From Actinomycetales bacterium (GTDB lineage: Bacteria; Actinomycetota; Actinomycetes; Mycobacteriales; SCTD01): 64,000 nt of DNA. The stretch is taken from NCBI GenBank assembly GCA_036675425.1, contig JAKFFB010000327.1:1250-65249 (forward strand), given 5' to 3'. The position numbers and the translations under genes were made by a program. Positions 1-16,028 of this stretch are shown here, in pieces (position 1 is the first letter of the stretch; every line of letters begins with the position of its first letter). A model generated the notes under the pieces. That model was not told where the DNA came from. It ran no database searches and worked only from the letters and a program-made list of their open reading frames with translations.

Positions 1-348
1 GACCGCGCCGAGAACGCCCGCGCCCCGCGCCACGTCGCCAAGGGGCTGCTCATCCTGGGCATCGCGCAGGTCAGCGGCGGCTCGCCGAGCGACCCCGAGC
101 ACGACAGCGACCCGGCGGTCACCCTGCGCCGGGCGGCCACCCTGGCCGAGTCGCTGGGCTGCGTCCCGCTGATCTGGCCGGCCCGGGCGCTGCACGGCGC
201 GCTGGTCGCCGGCGAGGAGCCGCACGAGTCGGCCAGGAGCCTGGCCGCGGCCCGCTCCGCCGTGCTCACCCTGGCGGCAGACCTGCCGCCCGGCGTGCGC
301 GCCGAGTGGCTGGGCCGGCCGGACGTCGCCGCGCTGCTGGAGGGCTGA
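1..348 (+). CDS. 3' end of an unidentified protein, 5'-truncated by the window edge
   Basis: Frame 1 is open from nt 1 to TGA 346-348, with almost saturated G/C at third codon positions (gac cgc gcc gag aac gcc cgc ...). The translated tail ...LAADLPPGVRAEWLGRPDVAALLEG has no motif I recognise. It is absent from the ORF track because it has no in-window start. Confidence 0.4.
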   Translation, partial: DRAENARAPRHVAKGLLILGIAQVSGGSPSDPEHDSDPAVTLRRAATLAESLGCVPLIWPARALHGALVAGEEPHESARSLAAARSAVLTLAADLPPGVRAEWLGRPDVAALLEG

Positions 349-477
349 GCGTCCCGCGTCCGAAGCGGCGTGCAAGACGGAGGCCTTTCGGCCTCACGTC
401 CGGCCTCTCCCGTGCCGAAACAACAGCCAGACCACCGCCGGGGTGGAGCTGCTGCGATGCGCGAAGGAGCGACGCCG

Positions 478-1095
478 ATGGCCGACGGCCTGCTCTCGCT
501 GCCCGTTCCCCCCCAGCAGCGGCAGCCCTCCGACCCGGCTCCTGACGTCTCCGCCCTGCTCGCCGCGAGCGACGCCGAGGCCGACGCGCTCGCCGACCGC
601 CTGCACGACGGGGCGCTCCAGGCGCTGGTCGTCGCGCGCTACGCCACCGACGCCGCCGTCCGCGGCGGCGACCCCGCGCTGGCCCGCGACGCGGTCCAGG
701 AGGCGCTGGTCTCGCTCCGCCGCACCGTCTGGCTGCTGCGCCCCCGCGGCGGCGACGACCTGCCGGCCGCCCTCTCCGAGCTCTCCAAGCGGGCCGTCGC
801 GGCCGGCTCCCCGGCGCTCGCCCTCGACCTCGACGAGGCCGCCGCCGCTGCCCTCTCGCCTGCCTGCCGCACCGCCGCCTACCGCTTCGTCCAGTCCGCT
901 GCGCTCGACGGCTGCGGCGAGGTCCGCCTGGTCCGGGAGGGGGCGTACGCCGCCCTGTCCGTGGCCGCGGCCGACCTGCCGGAGCCGGACGGGTGGGCGG
1001 TCCGCGCCGCCGCCCTCGGCGGGCACCTCGACCGATCGGGCCGGACCCCCCGACTGCTGCTCCCCCTGAACGACGACCGTGAGGACGACCGATGA
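478..1095 (+). CDS. Degenerate, sensor-less histidine-kinase-like protein (DHp domain plus decayed catalytic domain)
   Basis: Lies in ORF 370-1095. Preferred start is ATG 478, preceded by GAAGGAG (463-469). It has a HisKA_3-type H-box (ADRLHDGALQALVVARY). In the C-terminal half, QSAALDG replaces the N-box and there is no DxGxG or GxGL ATP-lid box. No TM segment or sensor domain. The stop overlaps the regulator start (ATGA 1092-1095). Confidence 0.6.
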   Translation: MADGLLSLPVPPQQRQPSDPAPDVSALLAASDAEADALADRLHDGALQALVVARYATDAAVRGGDPALARDAVQEALVSLRRTVWLLRPRGGDDLPAALSELSKRAVAAGSPALALDLDEAAAAALSPACRTAAYRFVQSAALDGCGEVRLVREGAYAALSVAAADLPEPDGWAVRAAALGGHLDRSGRTPRLLLPLNDDREDDR

Positions 1096-1721
1096 CCACC
1101 GTGCTGATCTGCGACGACCACCGGATCGTGCGCGAGGGGCTCCGCCAGTTCGTCGCCGGCGTGCCGGGCGTCGACCGCGTCGAGACCGCGGCCAGCGGCG
1201 AGGAGGTGCTCGCGCGCTACGAGCACGAGCAGCCGGACCTGATCCTCATGGACGTGCGCATGCCCGGCCTCGGCGGCCTGGAGGCGACGCGTCGCCTGGT
1301 CCAGGCCCACCCGCTGGCCAAGGTGATCATGCTGACCGCCGCCGACGACCGCGACCAGGTCGCCGCCGCCGTGTCCTCCGGCGCCCGCGGCTACCTGCTC
1401 AAGGACGTCAGCCACGAGGAGCTGTGCGCCGCCGTCGCCCACGCCCTCGACGGCGCCGACCTGGTCGAGCCCTCGCTGCGTCGGGCGCTGGCCGGCCGCG
1501 ACGCCGCGCGCAGCGTGCCGCCCGGTGGCCAGCTGACCGAGCGCGAGCTGCAGGTGCTCACCGGCATGAGCCAGGGCAAGAGCAACGGCCAGATCGGCAA
1601 GGACCTCTACCTGTCCGAGGACACCATCAAGACGCACGCCCGCCGGCTGTTCCGCAAGCTCGGCGTCAACGACCGCGCTCAGGCGGTCGCCCTCGGCTTC
1701 CGTCGCGGCCTCGTGACCTGA
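1092..1721 (+). CDS. NarL/LuxR-family two-component response regulator
   Basis: The REC domain carries [15 protein letters not shown] (phospho-Asp), MLTAADD and GYLLKD. The C-terminal LuxR HTH reads [45 protein letters not shown]. Confidence 0.9.
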   Translation: MTTVLICDDHRIVREGLRQFVAGVPGVDRVETAASGEEVLARYEHEQPDLILMDVRMPGLGGLEATRRLVQAHPLAKVIMLTAADDRDQVAAAVSSGARGYLLKDVSHEELCAAVAHALDGADLVEPSLRRALAGRDAARSVPPGGQLTERELQVLTGMSQGKSNGQIGKDLYLSEDTIKTHARRLFRKLGVNDRAQAVALGFRRGLVT

Positions 1722-1731
1722 CCGACGCCCG

Positions 1732-2343
1732 GTGCCTGTAACGGCGCGGGCCTCCCGCGCGACCTCCCTGTCGGGAGACGAGCTCGCCGTCGTCGTCCCC
1801 GCCGCCTGCGGTGGGGATCCGGCAGCGGTGGAACGCCTGCTCGGCTTCCTGCGTCCAGGGATCGTGCGCTACTGCCGAGCCCGGCTCGGGCGCACGGACG
1901 GCTCGTACGGGTCGGCCGACGACGTGGCCCAGGAGGTCTGCATGGCGGTGGTCAAGGCCCTGCCTCGCTACGTCGACACCGGCAGCCCGTTCGCGGCCTT
2001 CGTGCACGGCATCACCGCGCACAAGGTCGCCGACGCCCAGCGTGCGCTCTACCGCGACCGCACCGCGGCGACCGACGAGGTGCCCGACTCGGCCGATCCC
2101 GCCGCAGGTCCCGAGGACCGGGTCCTTGCGCGCGAGCGGGCCCAGGTGGCGCGCCGGCTGCTCGACCGGCTGCCTCCGGCGCACCGCGACCTGCTGCTGC
2201 TCCGGGTGGTCAACGGCATGAGCGCCGAGGAGACCGGCGCCGTTCTCGGCATGTCGGCCGGCGCCGTCCGCGTCGCCCAGCACCGGGCGCTCGCCCGGCT
2301 GCGCTCCCTGGCCGTGTCGACAGGGGTGGAGGTGCCGGCGTGA
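1732..2343 (+). CDS. ECF-type RNA polymerase sigma factor (SigD-like by position)
   Basis: Region 2 ([36 protein letters not shown]) and region 4 ([45 protein letters not shown]) are present. GTG start. It sits upstream of an anti-sigma gene and guaB, as in the mycobacterial sigD locus. Confidence 0.85.
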   Translation: MPVTARASRATSLSGDELAVVVPAACGGDPAAVERLLGFLRPGIVRYCRARLGRTDGSYGSADDVAQEVCMAVVKALPRYVDTGSPFAAFVHGITAHKVADAQRALYRDRTAATDEVPDSADPAAGPEDRVLARERAQVARRLLDRLPPAHRDLLLLRVVNGMSAEETGAVLGMSAGAVRVAQHRALARLRSLAVSTGVEVPA

Positions 2344-3155
2344 CCGACGACGACCCGCTCGACCTCACCCAGGTCGCCGCCGACCACGACGCGATCGAGG
2401 GCCTGCGGCTGCGCTCGACCCCTCCCGACGACAGCGCGCTGGAGCTGCTGCGGGACCTGCTGCTCGACGTCGACTCCGAGCTCCCCGCCGGTGCGGTGCC
2501 GCTGGCGGCCGGACGCGGCTCGACGGTGCTCCACCTCAGCGGCGAGCAGCCGCCGGACCCGCGGCTCGTGCGCAACGGCGCCGTCGTCGCGCTCGTCACC
2601 GCGGGGGTCCTCGTCTTCGGCGGCGTCGCCGCAGCGAGCACCGCGGTCTCGCCCGACGGCCCGCTGGCCGGGATCGGCAACGCCGTGCGCAGCGCCGCTG
2701 CAGCGGTCGTCTCCGCCGTGAAGCCCGAGCCCCCGGGTCGTCCGGAGTCGCCCGGTCGGTCAGCGGACGCCCCCGGTCAGACCGAGGACGTCCGCGCCCC
2801 GGACGACAGCCGCGCGCCGACGCACGCCGGTCGTCCGGACGACGCGGGTCGGCCCGACGGCGTCGGCCGCCCGGCCGAGCCGGGTCAGCCGGACGACCCG
2901 GGCAGGCCCCCGGACGCGGGCAAGCCGGTGGATGCGGGGAAGGCCGACGCCGGGAAGCCGGCGGACGCCGGGAAGCCGGCGGACGCGGGGAAGCCCGCCG
3001 AGCCCGGCCGACCGGCCGAGGAGCCGGCGAGGGCGGAGCCGGCCGGCGCGGCCGCCCGCAGCTCGACGCCCGATGTCGGCACCTCGACGCGACCCCGGCC
3101 GAAGGCGCCCGTCGCCCCCGACGTGAAGGGCGCGCTGCGCAGCGCGGCGCGCTGA
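2340..3155 (+). CDS. Membrane anti-sigma factor (RsdA-like) with a repetitive Pro/Gly/Asp/Lys-rich C-terminus
   Basis: GTGA overlap with the sigma stop (2340-2343). The N-terminal [15 protein letters not shown]...[12 protein letters not shown] resembles an anti-sigma-D binding region. One TM segment ([20 protein letters not shown]). The extracytoplasmic tail is built from GRPxDA / DAGKPA hexapeptides. Confidence 0.7.
   Translation: MTDDDPLDLTQVAADHDAIEGLRLRSTPPDDSALELLRDLLLDVDSELPAGAVPLAAGRGSTVLHLSGEQPPDPRLVRNGAVVALVTAGVLVFGGVAAASTAVSPDGPLAGIGNAVRSAAAAVVSAVKPEPPGRPESPGRSADAPGQTEDVRAPDDSRAPTHAGRPDDAGRPDGVGRPAEPGQPDDPGRPPDAGKPVDAGKADAGKPADAGKPADAGKPAEPGRPAEEPARAEPAGAAARSSTPDVGTSTRPRPKAPVAPDVKGALRSAAR
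2913..2999. repeat. In-frame 18-nt tandem repeat (about 5 units) inside the anti-sigma gene
   Basis: gacgccgggaagccggcg occurs perfectly twice (2946-2963 and 2964-2981). It is flanked by diverged units at 2913-2930, 2931-2945 (15 nt) and 2982-2999. The repeat encodes (D-A-G-K-P-A)n. Confidence 0.85.
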
Positions 3156-4753
<1,598 letters not shown>

Positions 4754-4754
<1 letters not shown>

Positions 4755-5920
4755 TGGCCGAGGTCGAGATCGGGATCGGCAAGACCGGGCGCCGCGCGTA
4801 CGGCTTCGACGACATCGCGATCGCGCCCTCGCGACGGACGCGCGACCCCGAGGACGTCTCGATCGCCTGGGAGATCGACGCCTACCGCTTCGAGCTCCCG
4901 CTGGTCGCGAGCGCGATGGACGGCGTCATCTCCCCGACCACGGCGATCGAGATCGGCCGGCTCGGCGGGCTCGGCGTGCTGAACCTCGAGGGGCTCTGGA
5001 CGAGGTACGACGACCCCGAGCCGCTGCTGGACGAGATCGCCTCGCTGCCAGAGGAATCCGCCACCGCCCGGATGCAGGAGATCTACGCCGAGCCGATCAA
5101 GCCGGACCTGATCACCGCCCGGGTCAAGCAGATCCGCGACGCCGGCGTCACGGTCGCCGCCTCGCTCACGCCGCAGCGGACCGTGCAGTTCGCGCAGACG
5201 GTGCTCGACAGCGGTGTCGACCTGTTCGTCATCCAGGGCACCGTCGTCTCGGCCGAGCACGTCTCGTCCCGTTCGGAGCCGCTGAACCTCAAGCGCTTCA
5301 TCGCCGACCTCGACGTGCCGGTGCTCGTCGGCGGCTGCGCGACCTACCAGTCCGCGCTGCACCTGATGCGCACCGGCGCCGCCGGCATCCTCGTCGGCGT
5401 CGGCCCCGGTCAGGCCAACACCACCCGCGGTGTGCTCGGCCTCGGCGTGCCGATGGCGACCTCGATCGCCGACGCGGCCGGCGCGCGCCGCGACTACCTC
5501 GACGAGTCGGGCGGCCGCTACGTGCACGTCATCGCCGACGGCGGCATGCGCACAGGCGGTGACATCGCGAAGGCGATCGCCTGCGGCGCCGACGCGGTGA
5601 TGATGGGCAGCCCGCTGGCTCGTACGACCGGCGCTCCGGGGCGCGGCTGGCACTGGGGACACGGCTCGTACCACCCGGAGCTGCCACGCGGCACCCGCGT
5701 CCGCGTCGACCCGGTCGGCACGCTCGAGGAGGTGCTGCTCGGCCCGGCGCGCACCGACGAGGGCAACACCAACCTGTTCGGCGGGCTGCGCCGCGCGATG
5801 GCGATGACCGGCTACAGCTCCATCAAGGAGTTCCAGAAGGTCGACGTGATGATCGCGCCGTCCTTCACCACCGAGGGGAAGTCGCTCCAGCGGGCCCAGT
5901 CCCGCGGGATGGGCGCCTGA
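4754..5920 (+). CDS. GuaB3-type IMP dehydrogenase-related protein (no catalytic Cys)
   Basis: ATG 4754 overlaps the guaB stop (TGATG). The TIM-barrel sequence is IMPDH-like, but the active-site loop reads GVGPGQANTTRGVLGLGVP (Ala-Asn in place of Ile-Cys) and the CBS insert is absent. This matches mycobacterial GuaB3-type paralogues. Confidence 0.85.
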
Positions 5921-5922
5921 CC

Positions 5923-8200
<2,278 letters not shown>

Positions 8201-8510
8201 GCGAGCTCCAGAAGACGTGGGGTGGACGTCTCCTTCGTCGCGGGACGTCCTGTCACCTGCTCCTGGTGGCGGAGCAGTTTCGGTCCGATCGGCCTAGCGC
8301 GTCGAAGGTCATCGGGGTGGGGAAGACGCGAGGGTCCCGGGCCTCAGCACGCGCGAGGAGTACCACGAGGCAGGCATGTCTCCCGCTCGGAGAAGGGTGC
8401 TCCGCCGGACGGAACCGGGACGATCCGGATATGCCGGGCGCCCCGTGCAGGAGATCCTGTCGGCCCGCCGAATCACGCGTCACCCAGCCACCGCCTGACC
8501 GGAGCCTCCC

Positions 8511-10361
8511 GTGCGCGTGTCACCCCTGAGTCGACGCCTCACCTACGCGGCGCTGTCCGCTGGACTGCTTGCCGCCGCGCTGGTCCCGCTGACCGCGTCG
8601 GCCGCTACCGCGGCCTGCCCGACCTACGTCGACGACGCCGAGGACTCGGCGCCGGTCGACCCCGCGCTGTCGCCGATCTTCCAGGACGGCCAGCTCGACA
8701 TCCTGTCCGTCACGCACAGCACCGCCAAGGGCGTCTTCTCGACGACGTTCGTGCTGTCGGCACTCAACGACTACGGCTCGGAGTACTCCATCGGCGACTG
8801 GTACGAAGCGAACTTCACCGTCGTCGAGAAGGCCGTCTCCATGCGCGTCACGCGGGATGCCAACGTCGAGGGCACGACAGCGACACGACTGCAGGTGGAC
8901 GGGGTGACCACCGAGGTCGTGCCGGAGGCGTTGTACGACTTCGACAAGGAGACGGTCACCCTGACCGTGAAGCAGGCGGAGCTCGAGAAGGCCGTCGGGG
9001 CCAAGCTCGCGGGCAGGCCGCTCACCGGGATGGGCGCACGGAGCCTGGAGAACTACAAGGCCTTCGGCCTGGCCTGGGACTTCGCCGACGCACCCGAGGG
9101 CGCGGTGCACGTCTTTGGCACCGCCTGCAAGGCCGGCGCGGCCCAGAAGCCGGCGCCGGCGCCGACCGGCGCGGCGAGCGCCTCGCCGTCGGCAAAGCCG
9201 TCCGCGTCGGCGAGCGCGACGCCGTCGGCGTCGGCCTCCGCCACCCCGTCCGCATCGACATCGGCCTCCGCGACTGCCTCACCGTCGGGCTCTCCCGCCC
9301 CGCCCCAGCCGACGGTGCCCGTTCCCGCACATGGTTGCATCGGCTTCGCAGACGCCAAGGGAGACGCACGCCCCGGCGGCCAGGCGCCGAACGACCCCCA
9401 CCTCGACCTCTTGTCGGTGACCGCCCGGACGACCTCGACCACGCTCTCCGGGCACCTGCAGGTCGACAAGCTCGCTGCCCGGCCGTCTTTCGCCGCCTTC
9501 ACCGGGCACCGCTTCGAGTACCAGTTCAGCGTCGGCGGCAAGCTCGTGCTGCTGCGGGCCACCGCGGAGGGTCCCGGCGAGGGCCTCGTCGACGGAGTGC
9601 TGGTGCCCGACCTGAAGGTGACCGCCGCGTTCGACGTCGTGAGCAGTCAGGTCGTCCTGACCGTCGACCGCGCCGGCCTGGCCCAGGCGCTCGGCCGAGA
9701 GCTGCCGATGGGGACGTTCCTCGAGGCGCAGGTGGGGCGAAGCATCGCGCGCAGCCCGGCGGTCTCCTTCACCGCTGACACGGCCAGCCCCGAGGACGCC
9801 GCCCGTGCCCGCTACACCGTGGGTGACAACACCTGCTTCGCGCCCAAGCTCAGCGTTACGGCGCCAGGCGAGGTCCAGACGAGCGACGTCGCGCTGGTGA
9901 GCATCGCGCTCAGCACCTCCGACGGCCGGGTCGCCAAGGGTCAGACCGTCACCGGGCGGATCGGCTCGGGGCGCACCGCCACGGCGACCACCGACAGCTC
10001 CGGGCTCGCGACCCTGCGCGTGCCGGTCAGCGACGCCGCCGGGACGCGGGAGCTCGTCGTCCAGTCGAGCGGCACCGCCGGCGACGGCGAGCTCCGCAGC
10101 ACCGTCCGCGTGCTGGTCGAGCAGACCCGGCTCGCGCTGCGGTCGTCCGGCGGGACCGTGACCGGCACCCTGACCGACGACGACGGCCGCGCGGTCTCCG
10201 GGCAGCGTCTGGTGTTCGCCTTCGGCGGGCGCTCGGTCGCGGCCACGACGGACAGCCGCGGACGCGCAGCCGTGTCCGTGCCGGCCGGCACCGTGGTCGA
10301 GGTGTCGTACGCCGGGCGTCGCGGCCACCTCGCTCCGGTGAAGGCGCGGGTCACCGCCTGA
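8511..10361 (+). CDS. Secreted multidomain protein: two copies of a Cys-bracketed ~170-aa module plus C-terminal Ig-like/carboxypeptidase-regulatory-like repeats
   Basis: GTG start and a signal peptide ending LTASAATA. Module copies span aa 36-206 and 276-442, joined by an Ala/Ser/Pro linker. The C-terminal repeats have a [15 protein letters not shown] / [15 protein letters not shown] pattern typical of beta-sandwich repeats. Confidence 0.7.
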   Translation: MRVSPLSRRLTYAALSAGLLAAALVPLTASAATAACPTYVDDAEDSAPVDPALSPIFQDGQLDILSVTHSTAKGVFSTTFVLSALNDYGSEYSIGDWYEANFTVVEKAVSMRVTRDANVEGTTATRLQVDGVTTEVVPEALYDFDKETVTLTVKQAELEKAVGAKLAGRPLTGMGARSLENYKAFGLAWDFADAPEGAVHVFGTACKAGAAQKPAPAPTGAASASPSAKPSASASATPSASASATPSASTSASATASPSGSPAPPQPTVPVPAHGCIGFADAKGDARPGGQAPNDPHLDLLSVTARTTSTTLSGHLQVDKLAARPSFAAFTGHRFEYQFSVGGKLVLLRATAEGPGEGLVDGVLVPDLKVTAAFDVVSSQVVLTVDRAGLAQALGRELPMGTFLEAQVGRSIARSPAVSFTADTASPEDAARARYTVGDNTCFAPKLSVTAPGEVQTSDVALVSIALSTSDGRVAKGQTVTGRIGSGRTATATTDSSGLATLRVPVSDAAGTRELVVQSSGTAGDGELRSTVRVLVEQTRLALRSSGGTVTGTLTDDDGRAVSGQRLVFAFGGRSVAATTDSRGRAAVSVPAGTVVEVSYAGRRGHLAPVKARVTA

Positions 10362-10383
10362 TCGCGGCGGTAGCCTGTCGGGG

Positions 10384-12581
<2,198 letters not shown>

Positions 12582-12606
12582 CGACCGTTGGCGCAGCCCG
12601 GGGAGG

Positions 12607-14118
12607 ATGACAGGCGTGCTCCTCGCTGATGTCGTCGCAGCCTCGCGGGACGTCGTCGCGACGACGTCCCGCACCGGGAAGGCCGAGCGCCTCGCGCAGG
12701 TCCTCCGGGAGGCCGCGCCGGAGGAGGTCGCCGTCGTCGCCTCGTGGCTGTCGGGCGAGCTGCGCCAGCGACGGACCGGCGTCGGCTGGCGGTCGCTGCA
12801 GTCCTTGCCAGGCCCGGCGGCTGAGCCGTCCCTGACCGTCCTCGAGGTGGATGCCGCCTTCGAGCACATGTCCCGGCTGGCCGGAGCCGGGTCCGTCGCC
12901 GCGCGCACGGCCGCGCTGCACGAGCTGTGGTCGCGAGCGACCGGACCCGAGCAGCAGCTGCTGACCGGGCTCGTCAGCGGTGAGCTCCGACAGGGCGCGT
13001 CGGCCGGTGTCGTCGCCGACGCCGTCGCCCGGGCCGCTGAGGTGCCCGTCGCCGCTGTGCGCCGCGCCCTCACCCTGCACGGGTCGCTGCCGGAGGTCGC
13101 GCACGCCGCGCTGACCGAGGGAGCGGCTGCCCTGTCGGGGTTCTCGCTGCAGGTCGGTCGCGGGCTGGCCCCCATGCTGGCCTCTCCCGCCAAGGACCTC
13201 GAGGACGCGTGGGAGCGGCTGGGCGGCCGAGCCGCCGTCGACTGGAAGCTGGACGGCATCCGGGTGCAGGTGCACCGGGACGGCGACGAGGTGACGGTGC
13301 TGACGCGCAGCCTCGACGACGTCACGGCCCGCCTGCCCGAGGTGGTGGCCGCTGCGCGGGCGCTCCCTGCCGAGCGGGTCGTCCTGGACGGCGAGGCGCT
13401 GGCCGTGGACGCCGACGGCCGACCGCGACCGTTCCAGGAGACCGCCTCCCGCGCCGCCAGTCGCAGCGGGATCCCGCTGACCGCCTGGTTCTTCGACCTG
13501 CTGCACGTCGACGGGACGGACCTGCTCGACGCGCCGCTCGCGGAACGCGCAGTCGCGCTGGAGGCGCTCGTGCCGCCGGAGCAGCGCGCACCCCGGCTGG
13601 TGACCGGCGAGGTCGAGGCAGCACGCGCGTTCCAGGCCGAGGCGCTCGAGAAGGGCCACGAGGGCGTCGTGCTGAAGGACCTCGACGCGGCGTACGAGGC
13701 CGGTCGCCGGGGCGCGGCCTGGCTGAAGGTGAAGCCGCGGCACACGCTCGACCTGGTGGTGCTCGCCGTCGAGCACGGCTCCGGCCGCCGTCGCGGCTGG
13801 CTCTCCAACCTCCACCTCGGCGCCCGCGACCCGGCCGGCGGCTTCGTCATGCTCGGCAAGACGTTCAAGGGGCTCACCGACGAGCTGCTCCGCTGGCAGA
13901 CCGCGCGACTCCGGGAGCTCGCCGTGGAGGACGACGGCTGGGTGGTGCGGGTGCGCCCGGAGCTGGTCGTCGAGATCGCCTTCGACGGGGTGCAGACCTC
14001 GCCGCGCTACCCGGGGGGCGTCGCGCTGCGCTTCGCCCGGGTGCTGCGCTACCGGGAGGACAAGCGGGCCGAGGAGGCGGACACCATCGAGGACGTGCGG
14101 CGACTGCACCGCGGTTGA
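12607..14118 (+). CDS. ATP-dependent DNA ligase (LigB-type)
   Basis: ATG 12607 is directly preceded by GGGAGG. Adenylation motif I is [12 protein letters not shown]. Also present are [21 protein letters not shown] and WLKVKP. Confidence 0.9.
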   Translation: MTGVLLADVVAASRDVVATTSRTGKAERLAQVLREAAPEEVAVVASWLSGELRQRRTGVGWRSLQSLPGPAAEPSLTVLEVDAAFEHMSRLAGAGSVAARTAALHELWSRATGPEQQLLTGLVSGELRQGASAGVVADAVARAAEVPVAAVRRALTLHGSLPEVAHAALTEGAAALSGFSLQVGRGLAPMLASPAKDLEDAWERLGGRAAVDWKLDGIRVQVHRDGDEVTVLTRSLDDVTARLPEVVAAARALPAERVVLDGEALAVDADGRPRPFQETASRAASRSGIPLTAWFFDLLHVDGTDLLDAPLAERAVALEALVPPEQRAPRLVTGEVEAARAFQAEALEKGHEGVVLKDLDAAYEAGRRGAAWLKVKPRHTLDLVVLAVEHGSGRRRGWLSNLHLGARDPAGGFVMLGKTFKGLTDELLRWQTARLRELAVEDDGWVVRVRPELVVEIAFDGVQTSPRYPGGVALRFARVLRYREDKRAEEADTIEDVRRLHRG

Positions 14119-14153
14119 GCAGGACTCCGCCGGTCGGTGCCGAATCCCGCGGG

Positions 14154-16025
14154 ATGACCCGCCGCCCCGTGCTCCTCGCCGTACCGCTGCTCGCCGCCGC
14201 CGTGCTGGCCGGCGCAGCGACCGCCGCCCCCTCCGTGCCGACCGCGCCGGTCGCCACGCCGCTCACCTGCGAGGCAGGCGTCCCCAGCCCCGACGGCCGG
14301 GTCTTCCCGGAGCCGGCGGTCTCGCCCGGCTGGCTGCGGCTGGTCGACTTCGAGTGCGGCATCGCGAAGCTCGAGGAGCAGTTCCCCGACAAGGTGCAGA
14401 TCACGACGACCGGCACCAGCGCGGAGGGCCACCCGGTCTACGACGTGCTGCTCACCGACGAGACGGTGAAGACGCCGAAGAAGAAGCTGCTCGTCGTCTC
14501 CTCCATCCACGGTGACGAGATCGGCGCACGCGAGGGCGCGGCGCGCGCGATGGAGGACATGCTCGACGAGCGGTTCCTGGCCGACGAGCCGTGGGTGGAG
14601 CAGGTCCTCGACCGCTACGTCATCCACTTCCTGTTCCCGAACCCCGACGGCTGGGTCGAGGGCGACGTCGCCGGCTCCGAGGGCGCCGGGCTGTCGTGGA
14701 CCCGCGGCAACACCGGCGGCCGTGACCTCAACCGCAACTTCCCGGTGCAGGGCTGGATCGACGCCGCCAACGGCACGTTGCAGGAGCCCGAGAGCCAGGG
14801 CATCACGAAGAACCTGCTGCAGGGCAAGGACTGGTACCTCGGCACCGACAACCACGGCCAGCTCCACGACACCTACGCCGCGGCCGGCCTGCAGATCGTC
14901 GGCCAGTTCGACTACCAGAAGTCCGAGACGCTGGCGCGGTTCGCCGACGGCATCACCGCCTCGATGGCGCAGTACCCCGTGCTGCAGCAGATGCACGCGG
15001 TGGGCACGGCGACCAACGGCGACGTCGGGCCGTACCACTGGGGGACGCTCTACGACATGCTCGGCTACTCCGCCTCGGGGTCGCTGATCGACTACTACAA
15101 CACCGCCTCGACGACCGACGGCTACGGCTTCGCCACCGAGCTGACCCTTGGCAAGACGGTCGCCGGCAACACCGCGGCCTGGGACCCGGTGCGCGCGCAG
15201 GTGTGGGTCGACAGCATCCGCGCGATCAACTTCGAGATGTTCCGCCAGGCCGTCGACGTCAAGCGGTTCACCTTCCCGGTCGGGACGCGGACGGCGTACG
15301 TCTTCGACCCCGAGGTCGTCACGTCGAAGGACGGCGAGGGCTACGAGCGCGAGGAGGGCGAGGACCTGCCGCAGCAGCCGTACTCCGTCAGCCGGATGCG
15401 CTTCTTCACCGACCTCAACACCTACGCCTCGCAGCAGCTCACCGCCGTGCGCGTGCCCGAGGTGCTCAAGGGCAAGCGGAAGCTGAGCGACTTCCAGACC
15501 GTGGTGCTGGCGGACGACGCCATGCCCGAGAAGGGCTCACGCACTGCCTGGGTCAAGGCGCTCAAGGACTTCGTCAGCCGCGGCGGCAACCTGGTCGTCA
15601 CCGACGCCGCCGCACCGGTCCTCGCCGAGCTCGGCCTGGTCGGCGAGGGCGACGTCGAGATGACCGAGAAGTACGTCGGCTACGTCGACTTCGGCGACCG
15701 CGGTCTCAAGCTCAACGCCGGGCTCCGCGGTGTCGCCAGCCAGACGTACGACACCGTGCCGATCGGCTACCAGTTCGGTCAGGTCACCGCGCCGAACTGG
15801 ACCGTCGCGCAGGAGGCGTGGGAAGCCGGTGGCGGCGTCACGGCCGGCACCAACGGCGAGGGTCGCACCGTCTACGGCGAGAAGAAGCTCGGCAAGGGGA
15901 AGGTGCGCTTCCTCGGCGCGCTGCTCCCGCAGCCCACCGAGGAGCACTACCACCCCTACGGCCTGCAGAGCTACGCCGTGACCTACACCGGCTACACGCT
16001 GCTGCAGAACATGCTGGCCAAGTAG
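14154..16025 (+). CDS. Secreted M14-family zinc carboxypeptidase with a large C-terminal extension
   Basis: Signal peptide MTRRPVLLAVPLLAAAVLAGAATAAP. The zinc motif is SSIHGDEIGAREG, with FPNPDGW and GRDLNRNFP also present. About 330 aa of unassigned C-terminal sequence follow. Confidence 0.8.
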   Translation: MTRRPVLLAVPLLAAAVLAGAATAAPSVPTAPVATPLTCEAGVPSPDGRVFPEPAVSPGWLRLVDFECGIAKLEEQFPDKVQITTTGTSAEGHPVYDVLLTDETVKTPKKKLLVVSSIHGDEIGAREGAARAMEDMLDERFLADEPWVEQVLDRYVIHFLFPNPDGWVEGDVAGSEGAGLSWTRGNTGGRDLNRNFPVQGWIDAANGTLQEPESQGITKNLLQGKDWYLGTDNHGQLHDTYAAAGLQIVGQFDYQKSETLARFADGITASMAQYPVLQQMHAVGTATNGDVGPYHWGTLYDMLGYSASGSLIDYYNTASTTDGYGFATELTLGKTVAGNTAAWDPVRAQVWVDSIRAINFEMFRQAVDVKRFTFPVGTRTAYVFDPEVVTSKDGEGYEREEGEDLPQQPYSVSRMRFFTDLNTYASQQLTAVRVPEVLKGKRKLSDFQTVVLADDAMPEKGSRTAWVKALKDFVSRGGNLVVTDAAAPVLAELGLVGEGDVEMTEKYVGYVDFGDRGLKLNAGLRGVASQTYDTVPIGYQFGQVTAPNWTVAQEAWEAGGGVTAGTNGEGRTVYGEKKLGKGKVRFLGALLPQPTEEHYHPYGLQSYAVTYTGYTLLQNMLAK

Positions 16026-16028
16026 GGA

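Noticed and set aside
266-1099. Long antisense or off-frame ORFs throughout the track. Examples: 266-1099 (-), 2760-4709 (-), 4739-6130 (-), 10351-11772 (-), 11763-13877 (-), 12391-14109 (-), 22221-23972 (+), 31105-33327 (-), 38261-40738 (+), 50224-52338 (-) and 60208-61809 (+).
   Set aside because: Their translations are Arg/Pro/Gly/Ala-rich low-complexity strings with no motifs, which is the typical shadow of high-GC coding DNA. Each is fully covered by an ORF in another frame or strand that carries unambiguous conserved motifs.
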